Assembly (NCBI GenBank): GCA_032250835.1
Contig: JAVVEA010000002.1
Span: forward strand, 341,881-405,880
Origin: a bacterium
GTDB taxonomy: Bacteria > SAR324 > XYD2-FULL-50-16
DNA length: 64,000 nt
Direction of reading: 5' to 3'
A model generated the notes under the pieces. The model searched no databases. It was given only the letters and a program-made list of their open reading frames with translations, and was not told the origin of the DNA. The first letter of the stretch is position 1; every line of letters starts with the position of its first letter. Made by a program: the position numbers and the translations under genes. Of this stretch, positions 9,535 through 19,606 are shown piece by piece.

Positions 9535-9563
9535 CGGCGGCCCACTGAACTGCAATTTGTAGA

Positions 9564-9662
9564 TGGCGGAGGCGTGAAAGAATCGAACTTCCCAGGGAAC
9601 TTTTACAGCCCCCTCACGCGGTTTTGAAGACCGGGGGGTGCACCAGCAACCCAACCGCCTCC
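9564..9662 (-). tRNA. selC: tRNA-Sec (anticodon UCA)
   Basis: Reverse complement GGAGGCGG...CGGT-CTTCAAA-ACCG..., long variable arm AGGGGGCT/AGTTCCCT, GGAAG-TTCGATT-CTTTC, ends GCCA; 99 nt; 4-nt TGGT D-loop. Confidence 0.93.
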
Positions 9663-10106
9663 TGATGGGGTCAGGTTAAAGGATGCGGAGCGGGAAGTCT
9701 ATGGCTTGCTGGGGTGTCTTGCCTGGGTGGGTCTTTGAGCGCATTAGGAGCGGGCTTTATCTGTGAGTTTGAGCGTCTTGAAGGGTGGCTGAGCCTGTAC
9801 TTGAGTTTTTAGCCAGCTTGTACGTTGCGCAGTTGGCCTTAAAGGGGAGGCAAGGCCCGGCGGCGCTTAGGTTTTGGTGGCGCATGACGCGAGCTTGGAT
9901 TTTAAATCGGTTGAGTCTGGGCGGTCTTGGGGTCCCGAGGGCTGCGCACCGATAGCCTGGGGGTTCTAGGGGGTTGCGTCTTGGCAGGCTCAGAATTCTA
10001 GCGGGCTGCGGTCTGGCTGGCCTAGCGGCACGCCCCCCCCCAGCGGCGTTGCTTGACATGGGTCTTGGGGGCGCTTACCCTTACAAGAAACCCTTTGGAG
10101 CAGTTT

Positions 10107-10394
10107 ATGGACGTTGTGATTTTAGGGCTGCGCGATGTGATCAGCGGCGGTTTGACCCTCTTTACCTGGGCCGTGATCATCCGGGCGATTCTTTCCTGGT
10201 TTCGCCCCGATCCGTACCATCCGGCGGTGCGCATCTTGGTGCGCTTTACCGACCCGGTCCTGCTGCCGATCCAGCGCTTTATGCCCGACCTGGGCGGCCT
10301 GGACTTAAGCCCCATTGTGGCGATTTTTGGGGCCCAAATCGTCCAGAGCGTTGTGGGCCAGTTGCTGACCCGCATTGCCTACAGCTTTACTTAA
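10107..10394 (+). CDS. yggT: YggT family membrane protein
   Basis: IIRAILSW..PDPYHP...TDPVL.PIQR..P.LGGLDLSPI signature; GGAG RBS before ATG 10107. Confidence 0.9.
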   Translation: MDVVILGLRDVISGGLTLFTWAVIIRAILSWFRPDPYHPAVRILVRFTDPVLLPIQRFMPDLGGLDLSPIVAIFGAQIVQSVVGQLLTRIAYSFT

Positions 10395-10396
10395 AG

Positions 10397-12415
10397 TCAT
10401 TCTTCCTCAGAGGTGGGCTGCTGCAAGTCCACCAGCTCAAAGCGGACCTCCTCATAAGCGGGGTCCACCTCCAATATCTTCACCTGATAGACCCGCCCCT
10501 CTTCTAAGCCCTCACTGCGCGTAGGCAGCTTGAGGTCCAGCTTGGGCAAGAGCAACAGCGAACGCCCGCCGCGCAGTTCCTTAAACAACTCGGCCTCGTA
10601 AATTTCGTCGGCATTTTGGGCCAGATAGCGGTACTTGAGGTGCTCCCAAAGCCGCCGTTCCAGTTGTCCCAGACGCTTCACACGGGCCTCGGCGTCCACC
10701 GCCCAACGGCTCAATTGATCAGGCGTGAAGCTGGGCGCTCGTTCGGCTAGGTTTTCGAGCAATAACCGCTGGGACACTAAATCCAAAAACCGGCGGATCG
10801 GCGAAGTGCACTGCAAATAAGCATCTAGGCCCAAGGCGGCATGACCCTGGGCTTGTAGGCCCACCGCCGCCGGGCGGATGTTGAGGTCTTGCAGCCGGGG
10901 CTTTTCGCCGGGCTCCATAGGCCGGTTGAAGCTGTAGGGTTCCTGGTTGCGGAACAGGTTGGGCTGGCCGCTGGCGGCGGCCCAATCGCCTGCTTGGCCG
11001 TTGACCAAAATAGCCAACTCCTGCACTAGTTTGTGGGCGCGGGTTTCGCGGCTCTCCTCGATCAACACCAAGTGAGCTAAATCCTGGGTTTCGAAGCGCA
11101 CCTCGGCGCGGTCCAACTCCAACGCCCCGTTCTCTAAACGGCGGGCCAGCAAACGCTCCGATACCGCCTCCAAGCGGGGCCAGAGCCCGGTCCCGGCTTC
11201 TAGTAGCTCGTTGCACTGCCCATAGGTCCAGTTGCCTTCGAGATGCACCACCGACCGGCAATAGTCACTTTCAACCAACTTCGATTGGGCATCAAAGCGA
11301 AACCGGAAACTGACCGCCGCGTGGTCCTCGCCTGCGTTGAGCGACAAAAAACGCTCGGACAAGACCGGCGGTAGCATGGGGAAGGTCCTTAAGGGGCTGT
11401 AGAGCGAAGCCGCCCGGTCCCAGGCCTTACTAAAGAGCAAGTTGTCTGGCGGCAGGTAGCTGGCCACTTCGGCGATGTGGACCCATAAAATCAAGTCCTC
11501 ACCCTCTAGTTCTAGGCTGAAGGCGTCGTCATAATCCTGGGTGCTTTCGTTGTCGATGCTGTGGCCGCCCAGGTGGCGGAGGTCGCGGGTTTCCAAGCCA
11601 AAAGCATTGGTGAAGGGGTCCGCTTGGGCCAAGGCTTCGGCGGCAGCCAGTTCTTCGGGCGTAAAGCCCTCGGCCACGCCTTCCCGCTCGATCAACAAGC
11701 GGCCCCAGCTGATCGGGTCGCCGCTTAGGTTCAAGGCCTCGATCACCCGGCGCTCGTCGTAGAGCCCACCGCGAAGGTTCAGCTCAAAAAGTTGGGCAAA
11801 GTGTTCGGCCTCGGGGTTGTGCTCCCAGAAAAATAAAAAGTTACGCAGCCGCCCGATAAATTTATCCCAGGTGGCCTGCTCGGTGGGCTCTAGCAGCGGC
11901 AACTCGCCTTGGCGTAACGTCGCCGCCCACTGGCGCTCGCGCTCCGCCTGGGCTGCCGCTTCGGCCTCACGGGATTCCTTGGCCTTAAGGAGTTCGATTT
12001 CCTCTTCACTACGGGCGAAGAAGTCCGTCTTTTTTTGGTGGAACAGGTAGGTTTCGTCCTTGAGAGCTAAGTACAGAGCCGCCATCATCCAGCCGTTTCC
12101 TGGCTCGTCTAACAGCAGTTCGGCTAACTCTTCGATAGTATAGGGCTGTCCCTTGTCCAGTAATTCGTGGAAGGTCTTTAAGTCCAGCTCGCGGGCCTGT
12201 GCCTCGACCCAAGGGATCTTCTGGCTGAGGATTTCTAAGCCTTCGGCCTCATTGGCGAAGGATGCGCCGCTGAAGGTGAGCGCCGTTTGGCCTTTGTTGA
12301 GGTGGACTTCCTTACCCTGATCGGGCAAGACCACCCACTTGTTTTTCTTGAAGTCGGTGATCAAGCCGAAGGCTAAGCGGCCGCCTTTGTAAAAAAGGCA
12401 ATAATTGGGACCCAT
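10397..12415 (-). CDS. rnb: RNB-domain exoribonuclease (RNase II family)
   Basis: SIDNESTQDYDDAFS catalytic motif, WVHIA, PMLP, TSPIRRFLDL; C-terminal S1-like domain. Confidence 0.88.
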   Translation of the reverse strand: MGPNYCLFYKGGRLAFGLITDFKKNKWVVLPDQGKEVHLNKGQTALTFSGASFANEAEGLEILSQKIPWVEAQARELDLKTFHELLDKGQPYTIEELAELLLDEPGNGWMMAALYLALKDETYLFHQKKTDFFARSEEEIELLKAKESREAEAAAQAERERQWAATLRQGELPLLEPTEQATWDKFIGRLRNFLFFWEHNPEAEHFAQLFELNLRGGLYDERRVIEALNLSGDPISWGRLLIEREGVAEGFTPEELAAAEALAQADPFTNAFGLETRDLRHLGGHSIDNESTQDYDDAFSLELEGEDLILWVHIAEVASYLPPDNLLFSKAWDRAASLYSPLRTFPMLPPVLSERFLSLNAGEDHAAVSFRFRFDAQSKLVESDYCRSVVHLEGNWTYGQCNELLEAGTGLWPRLEAVSERLLARRLENGALELDRAEVRFETQDLAHLVLIEESRETRAHKLVQELAILVNGQAGDWAAASGQPNLFRNQEPYSFNRPMEPGEKPRLQDLNIRPAAVGLQAQGHAALGLDAYLQCTSPIRRFLDLVSQRLLLENLAERAPSFTPDQLSRWAVDAEARVKRLGQLERRLWEHLKYRYLAQNADEIYEAELFKELRGGRSLLLLPKLDLKLPTRSEGLEEGRVYQVKILEVDPAYEEVRFELVDLQQPTSEEE

Positions 12416-12423
12416 AGGCCCCC

Positions 12424-13398
12424 TTAACCGGCGATCTTTTTCTGGAGGAACTGGAACCAGTTGGGCCGCGCGAACAGCGCCTTGTCGATGCCGTACATGG
12501 TGGCTTTGTCGATGGCCAAGACTTCTTTAAGTACCTGGGTCGACTTGATGTTCCCTTCCACGATGATCGAACGGTCGGTGTACTTGCTGACCCACTCCAA
12601 GAGGGTTTCTTCCGAGTCGAAGAACTTGTTCATCACGTGGATGGTGATCGGGTGGAAGATGTCCACGCCCGATTTTTCCAGCGTTTTGATCATAGTCTTT
12701 AAGGCCTTTTCGTTGAAGCCGTCTTCTAACTTGTCGTGGATCGAGAAGAAGTAACCAACCATCAGGCGGTTGTCCACCCGCGCCTTCATGGCCTCAACAA
12801 TCTCGCAAGCTAAGCGCAGCCGGTTTTCCAACTTGCCGCCGTATTCGTCTTCGCGGGTGTTGTAGCGGGGGTGTAGGCACTGGTCTAAAAGCTGCTGCTG
12901 GGCTCCGTTGAGCTCCACAAAGTCAAAGCCCGCTTCCTCGGCCCGCTCGATGGCGTGGCTGTAAAAGAGGCAAAGCTCCTCGACATCGTCTTTGTCGAAG
13001 GGGCGGCTCATGTCGTAGTCCTTGCCGAAGTTGATGGCCGAAGGACCAATGGGCTGCTCGCCGCAGACCTTTTCGTTGGTCTTGGCACCGGCATGGCTCA
13101 GCCGGACCCCGGCGATAACGCCTTCGGCCTTGATGTGCTTGACGAGGTTCTTCAGGCCTGCCAAATGATCTTCTTCGGCAATGCCCATCTGCATCCCATG
13201 GGACTTACCCTGCTGGGTCACGTAAGCCGAGTTGAGGATCACCACCCCGGCACCTTGGCGGACCAAGCGCATCACATGTTCGTAGATGGCATGGGAGACC
13301 TTCCCATCCTTTTGGGCAAGCCCGTCGTGGTAAGGGGGTACCAGGATGCGGTTCTTGGCTCGAAGGTTGCCGAGCTTGAAGGAATCGAACAAGGACAT
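12424..13398 (-). CDS. Old yellow enzyme / NADH:flavin oxidoreductase-family protein with altered active-site motif
   Basis: KNRI, LSHAG, AGFDFVEL, NTREDEYGGKLENRLR; canonical H-x-x-H/N-G-Y reads N-G-A-Q-Q-Q. Confidence 0.85.
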   Translation of the reverse strand: MSLFDSFKLGNLRAKNRILVPPYHDGLAQKDGKVSHAIYEHVMRLVRQGAGVVILNSAYVTQQGKSHGMQMGIAEEDHLAGLKNLVKHIKAEGVIAGVRLSHAGAKTNEKVCGEQPIGPSAINFGKDYDMSRPFDKDDVEELCLFYSHAIERAEEAGFDFVELNGAQQQLLDQCLHPRYNTREDEYGGKLENRLRLACEIVEAMKARVDNRLMVGYFFSIHDKLEDGFNEKALKTMIKTLEKSGVDIFHPITIHVMNKFFDSEETLLEWVSKYTDRSIIVEGNIKSTQVLKEVLAIDKATMYGIDKALFARPNWFQFLQKKIAG

Positions 13399-13486
13399 CT
13401 AAGGTTACCTTATGAGGGTTGGGTGCATTAATGTTTACGAAGCCCAGCCGACCCCCTATAGTAGGGCCGATCAGGAGTTATCGAAC

Positions 13487-13681
13487 ATGGCCGAGCGACA
13501 GGAAAATCCCCGCTGCCATCTATGTCGGCACCATTACGTGACTTGGGACCCGGCGATGCCTTACGGCTGTCGCCAATGGGGCTTTAAGTCCGCCCGTTTG
13601 CCGTCGATGGAGGTATTTACCGCTTCCGGTAAACACTGCCTATTGTTCGAACCAAAAAATCCAAACTTAAAGGGCCTATGA
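13487..13681 (+). CDS. Small conserved Cys-rich protein
   Basis: CxxCRH..VTWDP..PYGC...GFKS..LPS..V...SG..C..F pattern; AGGAG RBS; stop overlaps the coaD start. Confidence 0.75.
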   Translation: MAERQENPRCHLCRHHYVTWDPAMPYGCRQWGFKSARLPSMEVFTASGKHCLLFEPKNPNLKGL

Positions 13682-14169
13682 GTCAGCCGATCGCCATTTA
13701 CCCGACCAGCGCCAGCCCACCCACTTGGGGCCATGCCGACATTCTGCGCCGTGCCGCCGGGGTTTTTAGCCGCGTCCATTGGGTCGCCGCCATCAACCCG
13801 AGCAAGGAGACCTTGTTCTCAACCCAAAGCCGATTGGACATGATGCAGGATTATGTCGAATATTTCAAGCTTAACAATGTGGTGGTGGACAGCTTTGAGG
13901 GCTCCATTGCCCGCTACGCAAAGGCTCAAGAGGCAGGAGTGATTTTGCGCGGCCTGCGCGGTTCCCAAGACTTTGCCACCGAATTTGAGCTTTCGGTAGG
14001 CTACCGGGGCATTGATGATTCTTTGGAAGTCCTGGCCCTCTTCGCCGACCCCGAACGGGTGGGTGTCTCGTCTAGCATGGTGCGTGAATTGGCCCGCCTG
14101 GGCGAGGACATCACCGCCTACGTCTCCCCCGGCGTCGCCAAGATCGTCCTGAACCATCTGCATCGTTGA
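13678..14169 (+). CDS. coaD: Phosphopantetheine adenylyltransferase
   Basis: AIYP..PPTWGH.DI, NPSK..LF, LRGLR...DF..E, VSSSMVRELA. Confidence 0.92.
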   Translation: MSQPIAIYPTSASPPTWGHADILRRAAGVFSRVHWVAAINPSKETLFSTQSRLDMMQDYVEYFKLNNVVVDSFEGSIARYAKAQEAGVILRGLRGSQDFATEFELSVGYRGIDDSLEVLALFADPERVGVSSSMVRELARLGEDITAYVSPGVAKIVLNHLHR

Positions 14170-14255
14170 TCGGTTTATAGTTTAGGCAGGCGAGGGTTAT
14201 AGCCGAATTGGTTTACCCAGGATGTCAGCTGGCCTTAAGTTTCCCTTACTGAGAG

Positions 14256-15332
14256 TCATCTCTGGTGGGGGCCTGCCAGCAGCAGGTATAACCCTTGGTT
14301 GATATAATAATTGCTCTTACCCACCCGTTCCTTTTTTAAAAAACCTGCTTCCGAGAGTTGGTCCAGGTATTTGGTCGCCGTTAGGCGGCCTACCTGTAGG
14401 TCTTTCATCAAAAAGGCGATTTTGGTGTAGGGATGGGAGAAGAGGTTGTTGATCAAATCTTGGCTGTAAAACTTAAACTCACTGCGGATACGGCGTTTGT
14501 AGTCCTGCATGGCCCGCTGGATCCCCTGCACCAATTCAATGGTATCTTGGGCGGTTTCCTCGACGGCTCTTAACATATACAATACCCACTCTTCCCAGGC
14601 ATCGTCGTCTCGCACCGCTTGTAGCAAACGGTAATATTCTGCCTTGTGTTGGATGATGTACCGGCTTAAGTACAAAACGGGGATATTCAGTAGCTGCTTC
14701 TGCACTAGATACAGCACATTGACGATCCGTCCGGTCCGACCATTGCCGTCGTAAAAGGGGTGGATGCTTTCAAACTGGTAGTGGATCAGCGCCATTTTAA
14801 CCAGGAGATCGGCCTCAAAAAAATCCTCGTCGTTGATAAACCGTTCTAAGTTGCTCAACAGTGCGACAATTTCATCGTGGCGCTGGGGAGGGGTGTAAAC
14901 CAATGCGCCAGTTTCCTGGTTCCTTAGATCGGTTCCCGGTAGCTTTCGGATGCCCGAACGGTGGCCTTCTAAAACCCGGTGGATTTCGATGACTTGGTTC
15001 ATGGTTAAGAGCCGGTGTTCCAGTACTTGGCTATAGCCTTTTTTCAGGGCCGTTGCGTAACGAGAAACTTCCTTAGCCGCTGGGTCGCCACCAGCTTTTG
15101 GGAACAGGGCCCCCTTGTAGAGACTGTCGTGGGTGGTGATAATGTTTTCTATGGCCGAGCTGTCCTTGGCTTCTTGCATCGACAAGGTGTTGATCAAAAT
15201 GGCCTGATTGGGGATGGAATTACAGATCCCCTTAAGCTCCGCCAACCAGCGGTGGGCAACGGCGGCTTGTTTTAAGACCCTTTTGGTTTCGATTTCCGCC
15301 TTGGGGGGCAGCGGGGCTAGAAAAAAGCTCAT
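14256..15332 (-). CDS. Fic-family adenylyltransferase (class II, C-terminal winged helix)
   Basis: HPFYDGNGRTGR Fic motif; N-terminal inhibitory SSAIEN motif; start taken as MSFFLAPLPP. Confidence 0.92.
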   Translation of the reverse strand: MSFFLAPLPPKAEIETKRVLKQAAVAHRWLAELKGICNSIPNQAILINTLSMQEAKDSSAIENIITTHDSLYKGALFPKAGGDPAAKEVSRYATALKKGYSQVLEHRLLTMNQVIEIHRVLEGHRSGIRKLPGTDLRNQETGALVYTPPQRHDEIVALLSNLERFINDEDFFEADLLVKMALIHYQFESIHPFYDGNGRTGRIVNVLYLVQKQLLNIPVLYLSRYIIQHKAEYYRLLQAVRDDDAWEEWVLYMLRAVEETAQDTIELVQGIQRAMQDYKRRIRSEFKFYSQDLINNLFSHPYTKIAFLMKDLQVGRLTATKYLDQLSEAGFLKKERVGKSNYYINQGLYLLLAGPHQR

Positions 15333-15476
15333 GTCTTTAGGTGTTGGCGATGTAAAATGACTAGCAGTGGAAAGTTTTTCTACATGTATAAAAACTTCCT
15401 CTTTAATATACCTATCACCGATCATGTGTATAGATTTTCGCGAATTTTATGCATGAGAGAGATCAGGCAGACGAAA

Positions 15477-16055
15477 CTACCGCCCCAACCATTCCCGCAA
15501 AGCTTCCACTGCCCGCCTTCGGTGGCTGATTTGGTTCTTTTCGTCGGCGCTTAGTTGGGCGTAGCTTTTTCCGGCCGCTTCTTCAGGAAAGAAAATCGGG
15601 TCCCAGCCGAAGCCTTCGCTCCCTTGGGGTGCGCCGATTTTCCCGGCCACAACTCCTTCAAAACTAAAGACCTCTCCGGTGGCAATGACTGCTAGGCTGA
15701 GTTGGCAGAGCGCCTGGGCGGAACGGTCTTCTCGCTCGGCCACCAAGTCCGCCAATCCGGCGGGGCCCAGGGCGTCTAAGCAATATTTGACCAAAGGGCC
15801 GGGGAATCCACCGAAGGTGTTAAAGGCTAGGGAGGTGTCGTCGGTCAGGACAGCATCAAAGCGGCGGGCGAGGTCCGGCTTCAATTGGCCCAAGGCCTCA
15901 AGGGCTTTGTGGCGGCCAATTTCACGGGCAGAAAGGCTTTGGATTTCGATTAGGTCTAAAGCAGCGTGACCCAACTCCAGGCCGGGCAGGAGCGCCGAAA
16001 ACTCGGCCGCCTTGCCCGGATTGGAGGTGATCAGCAGGATACGCCTAGGCTTCAC
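15477..16055 (-). CDS. rdgB: Non-canonical purine NTP pyrophosphatase (Ham1/ITPase)
   Basis: TSNPGK..E, EIQ, DDTSL, FGWDPIF, KNQISHR. Confidence 0.9.
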   Translation of the reverse strand: MKPRRILLITSNPGKAAEFSALLPGLELGHAALDLIEIQSLSAREIGRHKALEALGQLKPDLARRFDAVLTDDTSLAFNTFGGFPGPLVKYCLDALGPAGLADLVAEREDRSAQALCQLSLAVIATGEVFSFEGVVAGKIGAPQGSEGFGWDPIFFPEEAAGKSYAQLSADEKNQISHRRRAVEALREWLGR

Positions 16056-17637
16056 CTTTCGGCTTGGGGCCGACGGCAGCCAACTGGGGATCTTCGGCAG
16101 CGTACTGCTCGAAGTTTTTCAGGAACATCTGGGCTAGATGGTCGCGGGCCTTGTCGTAAGCGTGGTGGTCGTCCCAGGTGTTGCGCGGCTTGAGGATCGC
16201 CGAGTTGACCCCTTCGATGTGCTCGGGGATTTCAAAGCCAAAGACCGGGTCCTGGTGCCACTCGCTTTCGCCGATGGTGCCGTTGAGGATCGCGCTGATC
16301 ATCTTACGGGTGTCGGGTAGGTTCATGCGCTTGCCCACGCCGTACGCGCCGCCGGTCCAACCGGTGTTGACCAAGTAGGCGTTGACCTTGTGGGTCCGCA
16401 TCTTTTCTGCCAATAAGTCCGAGTATACCTTGGGCCGCAGGGTCATGAAGGCTGCGCCGAAGCAGGTCGAGAAAGTCGGCTGCGGTTCTTTAACGCCGCG
16501 TTCGGTACCGGCTACCTTGGCGGTATAACCGCTGAGGAAATGGTAGCTCGCTTGTTCGGGGGTCAAACGCGCCACCGGCGGCAAGACGCCAAAGGCGTCG
16601 CAGGTTAAGAAGATGATGTTCTTAGGGTGTCCGGCGACCGAGGGGATCTTGGTGTTTTCGATCAGGTGCAGAGGATAAGAAACCCGAGTGTTTTCGGTCT
16701 TCGACTTGTCTGCATAATCCACTTTGCGGTCTTCGTCGTAGACCACGTTTTCTAAGATCGACTCAAAACGGATGGCATTGTAAATGTCCGGTTCCTTTTC
16801 GGGGTCTAGGTCGATCACCTTGGCGTAACAGCCACCCTCTAAGTTGAAGATGCCGTCGGCCGACCAGCCGTGCTCGTCGTCGCCGATCAAGCGGCGCTCG
16901 GGGTCGGTAGACAAGGTGGTCTTGCCGGTGCCCGATAGGCCAAAGAACAGGGCCACATCGCCCTTCTCGCCCACGTTAGCCGAGCAGTGCATGCTCATCA
17001 CGCCCTTTAAAGGCAGCAAGTAGTTCATCACGCTGAAGATGCCTTTCTTCATCTCGCCGCCGTAATGCGTGCCGCCGATGATGGCAAACTTCTGGGCCAA
17101 GTTGAAGATCACGAAGACCTCACTGTTCAAGCCCAGTTCTTTGTATTCTTTTTCGGTGTACAGCGCCGCGTTGAGGATCGTGAACTGGGGCTCGAAGCCT
17201 TTGAGTTCTTCCTTCTTGGGGCGGATGAACATGTTGCGGACAAAGGCGGCGTGCCAGGGCTTTTTGGTGACGATGCGGATGGGCATCTGGTACTTCTTGT
17301 CGGCGCCGCAGAAGCCATCAAACATGTAGAGGTCTTTTCCGCTAAGGAATTGGGTGACCCGTTCTTTGAGGGTCTCGAAAACTTCGGGCTTGATCTTTTG
17401 GTTGATAGCACCCCACCAGATGTTTTCGCTGGTGCTGGGCTCGTCGACGATGAATTTGTCTTTAGGGGAGCGGCCCGTAAACTTGCCGGTGTCTACCATC
17501 ATCGCCCCGTTGGGGCCGATAACACCTTCTCCGTGCCGGATTTCGTGCTCCCAGAGTTCTTCAGGAGTCAGGTTGCGGTGGATGGTGCCAAGATTGACAA
17601 AACCAAGTTTCTCTAAGCCATATGTTTCGTTAGCCAT
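16045..17637 (-). CDS. pckA: Phosphoenolpyruvate carboxykinase (ATP)
   Basis: [45 protein letters not shown]. Confidence 0.97.
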   Translation of the reverse strand: MANETYGLEKLGFVNLGTIHRNLTPEELWEHEIRHGEGVIGPNGAMMVDTGKFTGRSPKDKFIVDEPSTSENIWWGAINQKIKPEVFETLKERVTQFLSGKDLYMFDGFCGADKKYQMPIRIVTKKPWHAAFVRNMFIRPKKEELKGFEPQFTILNAALYTEKEYKELGLNSEVFVIFNLAQKFAIIGGTHYGGEMKKGIFSVMNYLLPLKGVMSMHCSANVGEKGDVALFFGLSGTGKTTLSTDPERRLIGDDEHGWSADGIFNLEGGCYAKVIDLDPEKEPDIYNAIRFESILENVVYDEDRKVDYADKSKTENTRVSYPLHLIENTKIPSVAGHPKNIIFLTCDAFGVLPPVARLTPEQASYHFLSGYTAKVAGTERGVKEPQPTFSTCFGAAFMTLRPKVYSDLLAEKMRTHKVNAYLVNTGWTGGAYGVGKRMNLPDTRKMISAILNGTIGESEWHQDPVFGFEIPEHIEGVNSAILKPRNTWDDHHAYDKARDHLAQMFLKNFEQYAAEDPQLAAVGPKPKGEA

Positions 17638-17716
17638 TTCTCTTCCCTAGGGTGGGTTCGTAGTGGTCGAGCTCCGAGTGGGGCGGATTCGATAAAATTC
17701 TAGAACAGATGGGCTT

Positions 17717-18463
17717 TCAAGGCAAGGGGGAATCAGCCGCTGCTGATTTGGGTAGATCGACCAGCAGTACCCCTTCGCCTGACGGTTCCAGTGCCGCCAT
17801 CAGCGCTTGGCCCCAGTAGGCAGCGGATCGGCCGCAAAAGGGGGTGCCTCGGTCGGCCCCAAAGGCGTTGGCGATCAGCGTGATTCCGTCGAAGCGCCGC
17901 AAACGCCAACGCCAATAAGTGCATACATCTTGTCCTTCCTCAACCCAATGCATACTTAAACAGAGGATTTGGGTTTCTTGCTCTTGGTGAAACCTCAGTA
18001 AATCATCAAAATTGAAGTCCATGCAAATACCCAAGCCGATCCGGCCCAAGGTTGTGGGGCACGAGACGAAGGGGCTGGGGCCCGGCGTGGCCCAGGGGCG
18101 ATCCGCCTCAAAGAGATGGCGTTTTTGGTAAGTCGCCAGGAGCTGCCCCTTGGGGCCGATTAGGTTTTGGCTGTTGAAGAGTCGCCTGCCCTCTGATTGG
18201 GGGAAGCCGTACACCAAAAAGAGTTGCAGGCGGCGGCACAACTGGGCAAAAAATTCAAAGCTCGGGCCTTCGGCATCTTCGGCTAAGGGGCGGATTTCTA
18301 GGGGCGAGAAAAAAACATAGCCAGTGGTGCACATCTCGGGCATCACCACCAATTGGGCCCCTTCCTCGGCGGCCTGTTCCAACAAGCTACCCAAGCGGGC
18401 TAGATTGGCTTGTTTTTCACCCTTAAGTGATTGGTATTGGATGATAGCAGCTTTTGTTTGCAT
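17717..18463 (-). CDS. Carbon-nitrogen hydrolase (nitrilase superfamily)
   Basis: E-K-C triad: PEMCTTGY, YQKRHLF, GICMDFN. Confidence 0.9.
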   Translation of the reverse strand: MQTKAAIIQYQSLKGEKQANLARLGSLLEQAAEEGAQLVVMPEMCTTGYVFFSPLEIRPLAEDAEGPSFEFFAQLCRRLQLFLVYGFPQSEGRRLFNSQNLIGPKGQLLATYQKRHLFEADRPWATPGPSPFVSCPTTLGRIGLGICMDFNFDDLLRFHQEQETQILCLSMHWVEEGQDVCTYWRWRLRRFDGITLIANAFGADRGTPFCGRSAAYWGQALMAALEPSGEGVLLVDLPKSAAADSPLP

Positions 18464-18672
18464 TGTTCTTGCAAAGATCAATAAGGCACAGCATTGGGTG
18501 CTGCGTCTCAGCGCAGCGTCCCCTAGGTGGCTACATTAAGTTGCTTGGGGCTCAAAGGGGCCTTCCCAACCGATTTGGGTTATTGTTCCCCTTTTGGCTT
18601 GGCTAGAGCAAGCTGCAAAATTGTCGAACTGGCTCCCCCGTTGAGGGGGGCAAAACCACCGAACTGGTCGAT

Positions 18673-19599
18673 ATGAACAACGGACTAAAACTTCTTTTGG
18701 TGGGCCTCTTTTTGGTCGTGGTGCCTAAGGTAAACGCTCAGGTGGCTACGCCTCCAATCGACCCCGCTGAACCGACGCTAATCTCCGCGGCATCGAGTTG
18801 GCGTTTTGGTGGTTCTATGGCGCTGGGGACGGACTACGGGTATCAGGAAACCCAAGCCACAAAAACGGACGCCAAAGTTACCGGTCCTAGCGCGTTGCTG
18901 GTTTTTTCGGGTAAAGAGGTGATCTGGGAGTTTTACAATAAAAGCAGCGACACCGCCTATGAATGGGATTCCACCAGCGACCAACTTTACCAGTATACCC
19001 GCAGCAACCAACAGCTCAACCTTTCGGTGCGTGGCGAGGGTCGGGTTTCGGTTGGTTTAGGGGCAATTGCACGCAGCGACGATAGCCGGGGGATTCAGCG
19101 CAAACAGTCGGGATTTGCCGGTAGCTTTGGGGTGCGCATAGGCGATGGCTTCTTTTTAGGTGCCGGCATGAACCGCGTTACCGAGAAGGTGGCGGACTTT
19201 GAGGACAAACAATGGAACGAATATATGGGCGGTGCCGGGTTTGCCTATGGGTCGCCGGAAAAAAACATGTTCCGCCTGGAAGTCTCAGGCACCAGCGAGC
19301 CGGAAGTCTCGGGCGGGACGTCGTTAGAACAAGTCCACCACAAGCGCACCCGGGCGATTGAAGAGATGGAAGTGCTTTGGCATAATTATCTGGTCACCGT
19401 CCGCGCGGTACAGTCTAAGTCGTTCGCGGCTTTAGACGGTGAATCGGACCGGCAGGAGAACCAGATGCGCTACGGGCTGGGCCTGCGGAGTTTGGGGTTT
19501 TCTTGGATCTTGTACCGGACCTTGGCTGATGAACGAGTGGGCGACAATTGGTACAAAGAACGTTATTATAAGATGACCCTTGGATTTGGATTCTTATAG
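18673..19599 (+). CDS. Predicted outer-membrane beta-barrel protein
   Basis: Signal peptide ending VNA-Q, alternating beta-strand pattern, C-terminal YKMTLGFGFL. Confidence 0.65.
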   Translation: MNNGLKLLLVGLFLVVVPKVNAQVATPPIDPAEPTLISAASSWRFGGSMALGTDYGYQETQATKTDAKVTGPSALLVFSGKEVIWEFYNKSSDTAYEWDSTSDQLYQYTRSNQQLNLSVRGEGRVSVGLGAIARSDDSRGIQRKQSGFAGSFGVRIGDGFFLGAGMNRVTEKVADFEDKQWNEYMGGAGFAYGSPEKNMFRLEVSGTSEPEVSGGTSLEQVHHKRTRAIEEMEVLWHNYLVTVRAVQSKSFAALDGESDRQENQMRYGLGLRSLGFSWILYRTLADERVGDNWYKERYYKMTLGFGFL

Positions 19600-19606
19600 A
19601 GGACTT

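Noticed and set aside
9663-10100. ORFs or ncRNA between selC and yggT
   Set aside because: Translations are low-complexity and non-protein-like; no recognisable RNA motif.
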